Source of the DNA: Octopus sinensis
Taxonomy: Eukaryota
Assembly: GCF_006345805.1 (NCBI RefSeq)
Contig: NC_043000.1
Coordinates: forward strand, 13,950,001 to 14,014,000
Length of the DNA: 64,000 nucleotides
Direction of reading: 5' to 3'
Made by a program: the position numbers and the translations under genes. The notes beneath the pieces are model-generated. The model was given only the letters and a program-made list of their open reading frames with translations. It had not been told where the DNA came from and ran no database searches. Of this stretch, positions 36,379 to 48,920 are shown piece after piece; position 1 is the first letter of the stretch, and each line of letters starts with the position of its first letter.

Positions 36379-38843
36379 TTAATGGTAGACGTGCATGTAT
36401 ATAACTACGTTTAATAGAACCATTAACTTGTTCATTTATAAAAAATAACACCAAACCATTTAATGCTGTTTCGTCAAGTACAGAAGAATATTATTGCGTC
36501 CTGTGTGTGTGTGTGCTCGTCCCGTGAATTGTCAATATAAAACTTATTTTAATCTAAGGGAAATAACTCCATTTTATGCCATGTTTTTTTTTCTTTTCAG
36601 TATCCTTACATATATTATATCTTTATATAATTAAAGTTTAATTTTTTTTTAAATAATCTCTATGGTATTATTATCTTAATATTTATCACTATTCATTATG
36701 TCTGTGACTCTGTGAGCTAATTAAGAGCAAATACCAATAACATTTATATACAAACAGCCATGGTTTAATTATACTAAATTCATCTTAAGTTTGATTCAAC
36801 AGTTTTAATAAGTCTTGTAATATCATTTTTTCCCCAAATTTCAGGCCCTACCAGTTCCCAGTAATATAATAGACAGACATTCTTGCATGGTAATATAAGT
36901 ATGTAGGGATGTAGCTTAAGGGAGATAAATAAAGTCTCTTAGTCAGCAGTTATTACTGCTTGAACTAGTGTTAACTGATACTGCAAATCTAATTTGGTCA
37001 TTTGGGTTGTATCACTTTTTTTTTTCTTCTTTAAATCAGAAATATATGACAACTTTTTCAACAGCAATCCTCGAGAGTTTTCTCTTTTTTCTTTTTCAAT
37101 CAATTTTCTAAATTAAAATTTAGTTTTAACAAATGAATTTTAATATCTCTTTTGTGTGAGTGTGTAGTCGTATGGTAGCGTGTATTCTATATTACAGGCG
37201 CAAGTACGGCAATGTTTAATTACTCAGCATCAGTGTATTTTTCTAAAACGATTGTTTTTCGTTGAATTCTCAGTTTATTATAAAATTGCTTTATCAACTA
37301 TATTCTACATCATCAACGTGTAGCGTCATCCACATTCCACTGGGAATCTCATAGCAGCTTACTATTACATTGTCGAATTGTCCACAATATCTTTATATAC
37401 TTAATTGTTACATATAGACAACTCATATATAAAATATGTAGGTGGTTTTAAAATATATAAAACTAGAGTAGCGGAGACGAGAGGTGGACATTGCAGTAAT
37501 GGCTAGCATAGTCCTCAATGAAGCCATGCGTGCCTTCTCGCTATCCACTCTTGTTTGAATAAATTTAATATCAAAAATAAAGCAAAGGGCTGTAAATGCC
37601 AGTGGTTAAAAAGTACGATTAGTAGATAATACTGATAGTTTAGAAGTGTTTATTTGTTTTACTGATCTCATTAGAACAACACCGACTTGGCGTGCAACAA
37701 GCAAAAGAATCTACCACAGTGACATCCTAGAGTAGAAAGCGCCCCCTACTTCTCGGGCGCAATGTCGTACCATCTGGTCCTTTTGGTAGGAGCTAAAACC
37801 GACTGGCTCCCCAACAGATTATTCATTGAGATAAATGATCGTTTCATTATTCTGTGGATCTGCAAGTGCTTTCGAAAACAACTGGCATTTAAAATGGCAG
37901 GGAAAGTTCATGTAATTTCAGCATAACTACAGATTGGTGCCTCCCACTAGTTCGTTTTCTCATAACTTATTGAAGAAAAAAAATACGTAATTTTTAAATA
38001 AAATTTTGCAGAACGGGTGTAGATTTTTGATTATGCCGATGAAATTTATAGAAAAAGGAAACTGTTTTTTTGGTGGTGGTGAGGGGACTTTCGGATAATT
38101 CGTCCCAACTCCCTCTCCCTATTTCGTTAATCTAAGCACTTTTTGCTTTTTTTCTTTAGATTTATATTTCTGAATCATCGGTATTACATAATCTGCACTC
38201 TCAAAAACCAAGCTTTTGTAAATTTTCGTTTAAAAATATGTATTTTATTGAGAGTTAGGAGGAAACAATCAGAAGATGTTCAGATTTGGCAAACTCCTGT
38301 CAATGCAAAATAGGATGTGGTTCATTAAGTCCAAGAAGACTGGGCTAATGCCAAGAAACAGGGCATTAGATTTCTCTACAGATGTTGAGACCCAGTCTAC
38401 CATTATTCAGTGGTAAAGAGACAAGGTAGAAACTTCTTTACCTCTTTAGGTACAGGCATGGCTGTGCAGTTAAATTGATTTCCAAACACATGGTTTGGGA
38501 TTCTTGGTCAAGGTGCCATGTTGTGACTGCGTGACACCTTGAGCCTTCTATTACAGCCCCAGGCAGACCAAAGCCTTGTAATTGAATGTGGAAGCTTATT
38601 GTGTGTGTGTATTTATATATGTATGTATATGTATATATATTTGTTAATATTTAGCAGAGGCAACAAAGTGACTTGTGGTCCAAGAATTTCATGCATTAGC
38701 ACTTATAACTTTGATAAGTGCCAGTGCACGAAACTCTTGGGCCTTGAATCACTTTGTTGCTTCTGCAGAATATTAATAAAATGTACATATATTCATATTT
38801 TGAGTTCTATTTTTCTTGTTTGCATCACCATGCCTATGTGCGT

Positions 38844-38879
<36 letters not shown>

Positions 38880-39510
38880 ACGCACTGGCAGCTCTTCACA
38901 GATTCCATGCAACACATTCAAAGTGGAGGTAAAACAACTATGTATGTGGGCTTGGTAGAACAAACAGGATAAATAGAGCTCAGTACATGAGTATTATATA
39001 TTTATTTTTAATCAGCAGAAAATACAAAGTGGCACAAGGGTTGGTAGTTTTATGCATGCCACTTAACCACTCATGGATACACACATGCAGGGCTTTTGCT
39101 AACATTGGGGGGGGGAAACATGTTGAGTGAAGGAATATTTGTGTGTATATGTGGTTATGAGATCCAAGTTTGATCCCATTGCAAGGTATATTCTACTGCT
39201 GTCTTTGATTCAAGTGTTTTAGAAAAATGTGGATAAGTAGATACCATACCAGTATACAAATTTATATAATGTGTGTGTACAGGAATCTTTGAAAGTTTTT
39301 AAATTTAAATGACTGAGTCATTTACTTGAGTGGCTGAGACAATTATTTGACAATATTTTCTGGAGAGTCCAATGTGTGCACGAATATATGTTGGAGTCAA
39401 TAGCAAAATAAACTTACGAAAATGACTCTTGCTCTTTCAGTCATTTTTATTTTTTATGCCAATTAAAAGAATATATTCATCTCTTTTTTGGTGTGTGTGT
39501 GTGCATGTAT

Positions 39511-39551
<41 letters not shown>

Positions 39552-39639
39552 ACGGGCATGTATATTTTGTCTTTATTTCCATGCATTTCATAGTTTTTAA
39601 GTGTCAGTTTCTTTATCACTATATGCTGAAAGTGTTTAA

Positions 39640-39857
39640 CCTTTAGCATTTGAACTGGCCATATCTGACACAAAACATTTCACTTGTTTTGTATTCAAAC
39701 TGGCCAGATCCAGCCTCTCACATCTACTCTATGATGTCATTCTGAAGAGAAACAATACTACATCATCAAAATCTTGAAGCAGTAAGATAATGCATGATTA
39801 ATTCGAAGCAATATGCATAAGTAAGCATTAAATTTGACAGTAATCTCAATACAAGAG
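39640..39857 (+). mobile_element. piggyBac-like MITE, family P2
   Basis: ttaa|cctttagcattt...gag|ttaa; homologous to 42041-42261. Confidence 0.8.
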
Positions 39858-40038
39858 TTAAGCAGCAGGACCATTTTTAATGGGCCCACATTCTGGTCAG
39901 AACTATATTTCTATTTTATGAAGATTAGTGTTCTGGATATCTTTGATTACTCTCAATGTGCATAGTATTACTGAGGGATCTCTAATATAACTTTATCTAA
40001 ACACGAGTTACATTCTAATTTATTTTCCTGGCTTTCTT

Positions 40039-40262
40039 TCATCATCATCATTTAACGTCCGCTTTCCATGTTAGCATGGGTTGGACGGTTTGACTGAGGA
40101 CTGGCGAACCAGATGGCTGCACCAGGCTCCAATCTTGATCTGGCAGAGTTTCTACAGCCGGATGCCCTTTCTAATGCCAACCACTCTGAGAGTGTAGTGG
40201 GTGCTTTTACGTGCCACCGGCATGAGGGCCAGTTAGGCGGTACTGACAACAGCTACGCTCAA
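40039..40262 (-). mobile_element. RTE LINE 3' end
   Basis: (cat)n tail and sequence shared with 42519-42750. Confidence 0.88.
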
Positions 40263-40742
40263 ATTACTAATTAATAAACAATTTGTTATTTATCCTGTAA
40301 AGTTAGTTACTTATGTTTGTATCAAAATAAACCAAAGAAATAAAGAAAATGTCTATTGCTCAATCCCTTTTCCCTGCTGATATGTGTTGGGTGGGTTGTC
40401 TCAGTATCTTACCACTTGTTGGGCTCAATACAAAACCACCTGTTAAATACATGCGCTCAAATATGCATTCAACCTGATGGATGCTCTCTATATCACCAAC
40501 CACTTTACAGCATAGATTCTTATGTCAGGAACACTAGGAATGTTGTCTTGCTGCAGCACTAATGAGTCTCTACTACTCTATGTCTGATTTCATTCAGAGT
40601 TAGTGCTCTCCTAGATAGTTGTGGCATGAGGGAGTTCATGTAATTTATATTCATGTAAACTGTGGAATAAAAGAAATAGAAATAAACCATATTACATAGT
40701 TGAATTACATACAAGGGACTACATATCAGCACATTTGGTAAT

Positions 40743-41150
40743 TACTCTTTTACTTGTTTCAGTCATTTGACTGCGGCCATGCTGGAGCACCGCCTTTAGT
40801 CGAGCAAATTGACCCCGGGACTTATTCTTTGTAAGCCCAGTACTTATTCTATCGGTCTCTTTTGCCGAACCGCTAAGTGACAGGGACGTAAACACACTAG
40901 CATCAGTTGTCAAGCAATGCTAGGGGGACAAACACAGACACACAAACACACACACACATACATATATATATACATATGTACTATATACGACAGGCTTTTT
41001 CAGTTTCCGTTTCGTCTACCAAATCCACTCACAAGGCATTGGTCAGCCAGGGCTATAGCAGAAGATACTTGCCCAAGATGCGCGCAGTGGGACTGAACCT
41101 GGAACCATGTGGTTGGTTAGCAAGCTACTTACCACACAGCCACTCTTGCG
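40743..41150 (-). mobile_element. SINE family A, full length
   Basis: Reverse complement of 9661-10070. Confidence 0.92.
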
Positions 41151-41689
41151 TGGTTCTTTTTTTTTTTTACACTGAGTATGGAAAGCAGATTGATGTGATT
41201 ATGGACAGGCTACATACATTTCATTAAAGTTTTGCAGGATTGGAGCTGACGAGGGAAACTACACAAATTCATCTTCTGGCTGCATTGCTTGCATGGCTTC
41301 TATATGTGATTCTATATTGTCATCCAATTCAATTCATTAATATGAATTTGAATTGGGAGCTCAGTTTAACTCTTCTGCTGTCTCTTTACAATCTCTCATG
41401 TTGCAGTCCCATAACTTTGCCATATCCCTGGCAGGGTGGCTCAATGGGTGCCATGCCTTGCCAAAGGGTAACGTGTGACTATGCAGAGCATGATCATCAC
41501 TCCATGAGATTTTCAAAATACCAGCATACCCATAAACTCATTAAAATGTTGTTTTTTTTTTTTTCAGTCCTAAACTAATTATCCCAAATTTGACTTGATT
41601 ATTTCATTAATGTTTTACTAATTTTATCATCACAGTTTGTAATATTTCTAAATTTTCTTTTTTCACTTTCTCTCTCTTTTGTCTTATAG

Positions 41690-41777
41690 CTGAAAATGGT
41701 CCACAGCTCATGTTGGATATTTCTCAATCATCTCCAATGGCTGGTTCCTTTGGATTGTTACATAACTAATACACCTG
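41690..41777 (+). other. Candidate 88-nt internal exon (5' UTR or start-containing)
   Basis: ctaa branch-like motif plus a long pyrimidine tract ending tag|; donor ctg|gtaaat. Confidence 0.5.
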
Positions 41778-41838
41778 GTAAATATAAATTCATTTTTCTT
41801 AAACACTTTTTATGAATTAGGTAGTCTTTCACTTAGAA

Positions 41839-42416
41839 CACTGATTCTCAACTTGGCTCCATGTGACCCCCTTGTATATAAGATTTAGTGGGTTCACATA
41901 AGCAAAATAGTAAATTGGATTCACAGTAGTATTTTATGGGTTCAGGAACAAATTTTGCTTTATTTATATGAATATTTATTGCAAGAAACAACTAGGTTTC
42001 TTTCTCTGACCATTTACATAGTTCAGTCTATGCAAGTTAACCCTTTAGCATTTAAACCGGCCTTATCCGGCCAAAAGTATTCTGCCTGATTTATGGTCAA
42101 ACTGGCCAGATCTGGTCTCTCACACCAACCTTACAATATCATTTTAAAAATTAACAGCTACCTCATCAAAATCTCATAACTACAAGATAATGCATGATTA
42201 GTTCAAAACAATGAGGACAAAAAAGCATTAGTTTTGGCAGAATAATGCGAACACTAAAGGGTTAATGTGTGATAAACAAAATAGGAATTTTGAAAGAAGT
42301 ATCTATAAAACTTGTTTTTAAACATCAAATGGCTTGTGGGGGTGAGGCAGAGATGCCCACCAGAGTAAAAGAGTAATCAAAAGGATCCATAGATAAAAAG
42401 TGGTTGAGACCCACTA
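41839..42416. mobile_element. hAT-type MITE containing a nested piggyBac-like MITE
   Basis: Ends cactgattctcaac / gttgagacccacta; 8-bp TSD acttagaa/actttgaa. Confidence 0.75.
42041..42261 (+). mobile_element. piggyBac-like MITE, family P2
   Basis: TTAA|ccctttag...ctaaaggg|TTAA; other copies at 44951-45128(-), 50788-51009(+), 57339-57549(-), 63343-63519(-). Confidence 0.9.
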
Positions 42417-42518
42417 ACTTTGAATATTTAACTTTCTTTCACCTGTAAATTAAGCAATTTTATCAATTCAGTGAATATTCCAATTATTTGCAGCTTGAAG
42501 AGTTGGGTTTTTTCTTTT

Positions 42519-43421
42519 CATCATCATCATCATTGTTTAACGTCCACTTTCCATGCTAGCATGGGTTGAACGATTAGACTGAGGACTGGCGAACCAGATG
42601 GCTGCACCAGGCTCCAATCTGATCTGGCAAAGTTCCTATAGCTGGATGCCCTTCCTAACGCCAACCACTCCGAGAGTGTAGTAGGTGCTTTTATGTGCCA
42701 CCGGCACGAGGGCCAGTCAGGCGGTACTGGCAGCAGCCATGCTCAAGTGGTGTTTTTTACGTGCCACCTGTGCAGGAGCCAGTCCAGTGGCACTGGCAGT
42801 CACCTCACTCGAATGTTTTTCACATGCACCGGCACAAGTGCCAGTAAGGCAATGCTGGTAATGATCATGTTTGAATGGTGCTTTTTACGTGCCGGTCATC
42901 AAATTTGTGAATTTGATTTGATTTCGATTTCACTTGCCTCAACAGGTCTTCGCAAGCAGAGTTTAGTGCCCAATGAAGGAAAGATACGTATAAGTGGGCT
43001 GGTTACACCCCTGGCATAGGCCACGGGTTATGGTCTCACTTGGCTTGCCAGGTCTTCTCAGGCACTGCATATTTCCAAAGGTCTTGGTCACTAGTCATTG
43101 CCTCGGTGAGGCCTACTGATCAAAGGTTGTGCTTCACCACCTCATCCCAGGTCTTCCTGGGTCTACCTCTTCCACAGGTTCCCTCAACTGCTAGGGTGTG
43201 GCACTTTTTCACACAGCTATCCTCATCCATTCTCGCCACATGGCCATACCGGCGCAGTCGTCTCTCTTGCACACCACATCTGATGCTTCTTAGGTCCAGC
43301 TTTTCTCTCAAGGTACTTACAATCTGTCCAATATGCACACTGACATTACACACCCATCGGAGCATACTGGCTTCATTCATTGCAAGCTTACGCATGTCCT
43401 CAGCAGTCATGGCCCATGTTT
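42519..43421 (-). mobile_element. 5'-truncated RTE-clade LINE (ORF C-terminus, 3' UTR, (ATG)n tail)
   Basis: ORF 43120-43410: MLRWVCNVS..LREKL..RRLRRYGHVARM..GRGRPRKTW, typical RTE C-terminal motifs. Confidence 0.92.
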
Positions 43422-43569
43422 TTCTATTTACATTCTTATATGACTTTATTTTCTCTAATTAAGCTAATTAAAATAGACATTTTTTGTTAGCTTAAGAATA
43501 TTTCTTTAGATTTTCATGAACCTTTAATAACATTATCACCTTTATATCTAGTTTTCTATGCCCATATGA

Positions 43570-44260
43570 GTTAAACGGGTCTCCCCTCCAGCACAATATC
43601 TTGCCACTTAACATGGTCACTTACCATCTCCATGAAATTCTGCATCCTAAGATCAGCTTTAATCACTTGTCAATGTCTTCATACCTTCCACTTGTACTAT
43701 TTGCCCAGATTTCATCATCTGTGTGCCTCATATATCTATACCAGTGCAACCATCTCTCTTGTATACCTTATTTGATTCCTCTTACACCATTTTTTCTCTT
43801 ACTTCATTTGTGCTCTATAGTTCATGCACACTTACGTATCATGTGGAGCATGCTTGCTACATTTATTTCCAGGTTTTGTGTCTCCTTTCCACATTAAGTG
43901 TCTTATTACCATGCAACATCACTTCATAGACAAATGTCAGACAATATAGTCTTGGTGAGAGAATCCCTTTGCAGTCAACAGCTAATAACTCCCTAAACTT
44001 TTCCCATCCTATTCTTACTGTTGCTACCGAGATTTCAGAACACCTACCTTCACTATTAACAAGGTTACCCAAGTAACATCTTTGGCACCTTCTAAAACTT
44101 TACAAGAACTTTGTGGATGCTCCGACTGCTAACTATTGTTGTTGATTACTCACATAGGAAGGGATGTCTTTATCCTGTCATTTCACTCCTGTGCACCGAT
44201 GGTTTACTTGTGTGCATGAACAGAATTCTTACCTACTGTTTTCTTGATTATTGGGCATGT
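43570..44260 (-). pseudogene. Older decayed RTE RT fragment
   Basis: GNLVNSEGRCSE..VRIGWEKFRELL and VMLHGNKT remnants. Confidence 0.75.
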
Positions 44261-45270
44261 CTTTCTGACACGGCTATAGAATTCTGTCTCTCTTCCTCTC
44301 AAATTAATTTACTCAACAGGATCTACGAATACATCCACACACGTGCTCTCACTATGTCATAAGTAGCATGGATTTAATATTGCTACATCCATCCACAAGA
44401 TAGACTTTTGCTTCAGAGAAAATGTGTGGAGTTTTGTGATAGTAATGTGATGTCCAACAACGTTAATGTTGATGAACTGGGTCGCTTCCTAGCTCTCACT
44501 TTTACCAAAGATTGGTGTACAACTGGACACAAACTTAAAATGTTTTTCTTAGGTTTACTATTGGACCTCTCAAATCTAAGTTTTATTTCCATGTTGGGTA
44601 TTTCTTCTCTGTGTCCGAGACAAATTCAGCCATGATAACTTGGAAATGAGCTTGCATTATCTGATTTTCTACTCTTCTTTTATGCCCTAGAGAACTATAA
44701 TAAACAGGTGGGAATGAGTACCAAGACAACTTTTTCTGTTCCTTCCTTGGTCCATTAGCTTGATGATTCTGTAGTAACTGCTTTCTAGAGCAGTGCCTTT
44801 GTACTTGTCATGTGTTAATGATGACACTGCTATGCTAGTACGTCCTTGTTGCTTATGCAGGTGACTTAGTTGTCCTCTACTTCAGATATTTTCACCATCT
44901 CAGTAATTATTTCTGATGTCCAGCTGCTTGTCAGGCCATCATATCTTCAACCCTTTAGCATTCAGATTACCTTGTCAAATGTAATGCTTATATTTATTCA
45001 TGTTGTTTTGAATTAATCAAGCATTATCTCAAGGCTTCAAGATTTTGATAATGTGATTGTTCAATTTTAGAATGACATTGTAGGTTAAGTGTGAGGGGCT
45101 GGATATGGCCAGTTTGAATGTTAAAGGATTAATCATGTTTTCAAGTATGCATTTATTAGGAATTGTCCCTTGGTGTAGTTCCTTTCTCCCATGCATTCTC
45201 CACTTTCAGGAACCTCTCATAATACTATTTCCAAGCATTTTCTTGTGTTAGTGAGGATAAGTGAGCTACT

Positions 45271-45642
45271 GTGGAGGCGCAATGGCCCAGAGGTTAGGGC
45301 AACGGACTCACGGTCATAGGATCGCGGTTTCGATTCCCAGACCGGGCGTTGTGAGTGTTTATTGAGCGAAAACACCTAAAGCTCCACGAGGCTCCGGCAG
45401 GGGATGGTGGTGATCCCTGCTGTACTCTTTCACCACAACTTTCTCTCATTCTTACTTCCTGTTTCTGTTGTACCTGTATTTCAAAGGGCCGGCCTTGTCA
45501 CTCTCTGTGTCATGCTGAATATCCCCGAGAACTACGTTAAGGGTACACGTGTCTGTGGAGTGCTCAGCCACTTACACGTTAATTTCACGAGCAGGCTGTT
45601 CCAACCGGAACCTTCGTCGTCGTAACCGACGGGAGTGCTTCC
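45271..45642 (+). mobile_element. tRNA-derived SINE family C (resembles octopus OR-type SINEs), full length
   Basis: tRNA head tggcccagaggttagggc..ggtttcgattccc; TSD aagtgagctact. Confidence 0.92.
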
Positions 45643-46007
45643 AAGTGAGCTACTCGTGATCATGTTGACACACAGCTTTGCAATCATAAGTACGTCTGAT
45701 CTTGCCACTAAAGAATATTGCTTACCTTCAGCTTCTTTCTATGTTTCATTTACCTAACAGCTTCACTTCTGATATTATTTATTGTTCCCTCTAATCTTTC
45801 CAGACCTGTCTCTTCACTGTTATGGCTCCAGCTACTGTACCAATCCACTACTATGTCACATGTCTGTGTGTCCAGTAACCTTACCCCAGTCGCAGTTCTA
45901 ATTTGTGTAGTATGGGGTTTAGGTCGTTTATGTCTATGCTTGTGTGTATGATTTAACGCAGTCAACTGAAACTCAGCTTCATCATGTAGCCAGTATTATT
46001 GGAGTAT

Positions 46008-46391
46008 GGAAGCACTCAGTTGGTTACGACGACGAGGGTTCCGATTGATCCGAATCAACAGAACAGCCTGCTCGTGAAATTAACGTGTAAGTGGCTGAGC
46101 ACTCCACAGACACGTGTACCCTTAACGTAGTTCTCGGGGATATTCAGCATGACACAGAGAGTGACAAGGCCGGCCCTTTGAAATACAGGTACAACAGAAA
46201 CAGGAAGTAAGAGTGAGAGAAAGTTATGGTGAAAGAGTACAGCAGGGATCACCACCATCCCCTGCCGGAGCCTCATGAAACTTTAGGTGTTTTTGCTCAA
46301 TAAACACTCACAACGCCCGGTCTGGGAATCGAAACCGCAATCCTATGACCGCGAGTCCGCTGCCCTAACCACTGGGCCATTGCGCCTCCAC
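46008..46391 (-). mobile_element. SINE family C, full length, inverted relative to 45271-45642
   Basis: TSD tattggagtat; near-identical reverse complement. Confidence 0.92.
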
Positions 46392-46813
46392 TATTGGAGT
46401 ATACAAATCTATACAAAACTAATGGTTGTTATAAGGTAGCATTCTTTGTCATTTGTCAGCCTGGGTGTTCATGTTTGGGGACCTCCAAGTTGTGGGAGGG
46501 GAGGTAACTCTCAAGGAATTAGACATCAAGAAGAAATATTCAGATGCATGTACTATATGCACATTGATGCACACACATCTGCATGTGTGCTCACGAGTGT
46601 AGGCAAATACAGGCATATATACAGAAGATGTATACATATACTTATCATATCCATGTGCATTACTAGATGTTGTAGGCAATAAATTCTTAATTTACCGAAA
46701 TTTTGTTATGAATTGATAATTGTTTGCAATCCAGTGGTAGGTGTTAGTATGCTCAAAGAGAAGGGGAAATAATTGACCAAAATTAAGTATTTAAGTTTAT
46801 CTTCATGCTTTAA

Positions 46814-47030
46814 CCCTTTAGTGTTCGCATTATTCTGCCAAAATCCTTTTTTATCCACATTGCTTTGAACTAATCATGCATTATCTTGTAGTTATGAGAT
46901 TATGATGAGGTAGCTGTTAATTTTTAAAACGATATTGTAGGGTAGGTGTGAGAGACAAGATCTGGCCAGTTTGAACATAAGATAGGCAGAATACTTCTGG
47001 CCAGATATGGCTGGTTTAAATGCTAAAGGG
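46814..47030 (-). mobile_element. piggyBac-like MITE, family P2
   Basis: TTAA|ccctttag...ctaaaggg|TTAA. Confidence 0.9.
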
Positions 47031-47249
47031 TTAAGGAAAGGGCTGTCTGATCTTTGTGGGCAAGAGAAAATATGGACATAGTACAAGGCTGGTGAGGTCA
47101 AACAAACTGAAACCTAACTAGTTGAACCTGCTCTTTAGTAGTTTTTACATAGCAAAGAAATGTACATAATTTTTTTCTATAAGGAAAATTTGGATAATTA
47201 AATTAAAGAGCTAAGTGGGGAAATAACTCAAAAGTAGTCAAGTGCAATA

Positions 47250-48420
47250 TGCTGAGTTGTGTATGAAATACTTAATTTATTGATGTTTTTCTAAGCTTAC
47301 AAAAGGAAATAAGGCTAATGATATTTGTTAGTAACATGCAAAAAGGCAGGGGGAATAATTTCAAAATTTAAAGAGTCAATTGGTAAAGGGACACTGGTTT
47401 CTGCTGGTAGGCAAGGGACAATTATTGACATATATGTTTTAGATGTCACCATTAAGAACCACGTACATAATGTCAATCATCTGATCAAAGATTATCAGAG
47501 GTTAAAAATCTATCATTGTGCAGAATTTGTTGGAAGATCTATGGGATCTTTTCACTTTGACCGGCAGATTTTTAAAATAATTTCTTTGTAACTAAACACT
47601 TTTAAACTTCGTATACTGGTAGAATGTGTTACATAAAACATATTTTTCTCTTGGTGTTCTTTAGAAAATTCTGTAGTTTGTAAGCTATTTCTTGTTTAAT
47701 TTCTCAAGATCCCATCTATGCATAACAAAAAAAAAAGAAACTACCTCTGCCTGGTGGAGGATAATCTGCATGAATAGTGCAAATATTACTGGACAATACA
47801 GAAGACACCATACCATCTACGCATTTCACAATATGACTGGAAATCATATTCATACTACCAGGATAGAAGATTCAAGAAATATCAGCAGAAACAATGTACA
47901 TTATCTCAGATTTACTGAAGACATTATATAGATAACAAGATAGTCAAGAAGAGACAGAAAATGCTGAGAAAGAGAATTGTGTAATGCAAGGAAGACTTCC
48001 AGACTGAAGATACAAATAATGAAAAAAAGAAGTAATAGAATTAGTAGAAAATAACTTATATAAAAGAATAAGTGCGAAGTGAGCAATAACAGAAAAAGAC
48101 ATGAAGAGAAGAGATTATTGCCAGAACAAGTACAGCAGAGTTACAAAGTCAAACCTCTCAGTCTATCCCAAAAGGAAAATCTTTTAGGGTTGGCATATTG
48201 ACTGGTATTTTTATTGCTGTAAATAAAAGAAAATGGGACGTGAGCAGCCACATCATTTAGAACAGTAGATTAATTGTTGGTTAAAAATCATCATGGAATG
48301 GTAACCAATGACAGGAGTGAAAAGATAAGGAAATCCACAAAAGGGATGGCTTGATAAAATGGGTCACAGGGGAAGAAAAAAAACTGCTAAATTTTACAAT
48401 GTTGTTTCTGCAGCAATACA
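47250..48420 (+). pseudogene. Highly decayed RTE/BovB-like LINE RT relic
   Basis: HYLRFTEDII (cf. RFADDIV) near 47900; frameshifted WAGH..W..EW.P-like C-terminal remnant near 48230-48360. Confidence 0.6.
47543..47713. mobile_element. Short TIR element related to 10678-11088
   Basis: gggatctt...aagatccc flanked by atctat direct repeats. Confidence 0.75.
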
Positions 48421-48554
48421 ATCTTCCCTGTCCCTTCCAAGTAATATGATTTTTCTCCAAGAATCCATCTACTTAGTAGTCTTTGTTACAAAGTCTAGTG
48501 GTTTTCAGGTCTATTGCTTGATGTCATATCTCCTGTCTTTCATAGATTTTTCCC

Positions 48555-48920
48555 TTACTCTTTTACTTGTTTCAGTCATTTGACTGTGACCATGCTGGAG
48601 CACCACCTTTAGTCGAGTAAATTGACCCCAGGACTTTTTCTTTGTAAGCCTAGTACTTATTCTATCGGTCTCTTTTGCCAAACCACTAAGTTATGGGGAC
48701 GTAAACACCAGCATCAGTTGTCAAGCGATGTTGGGGTGACAAACACAGACACACACACACATATATATGACAGGCTTCTTTCAGTTTCCCTCTATCAAAT
48801 CCACTCAGAAGACTTTGGTCGGCCTGAGGCTATAGTAGAAAACACTTGCCCAAGGTGCTATGCAGTGGGACTGAACCTGGAACCATGTGGTTGGTAAGCA
48901 AGCTACTTACCACATAGCCA
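48555..48920 (-). mobile_element. SINE family A
   Basis: Family consensus match. Confidence 0.9.

Noticed and set aside
45273-45345. tRNA gene
   Set aside because: It is the tRNA-like head of a TSD-flanked SINE with a second copy nearby; the same applies to family A and B heads
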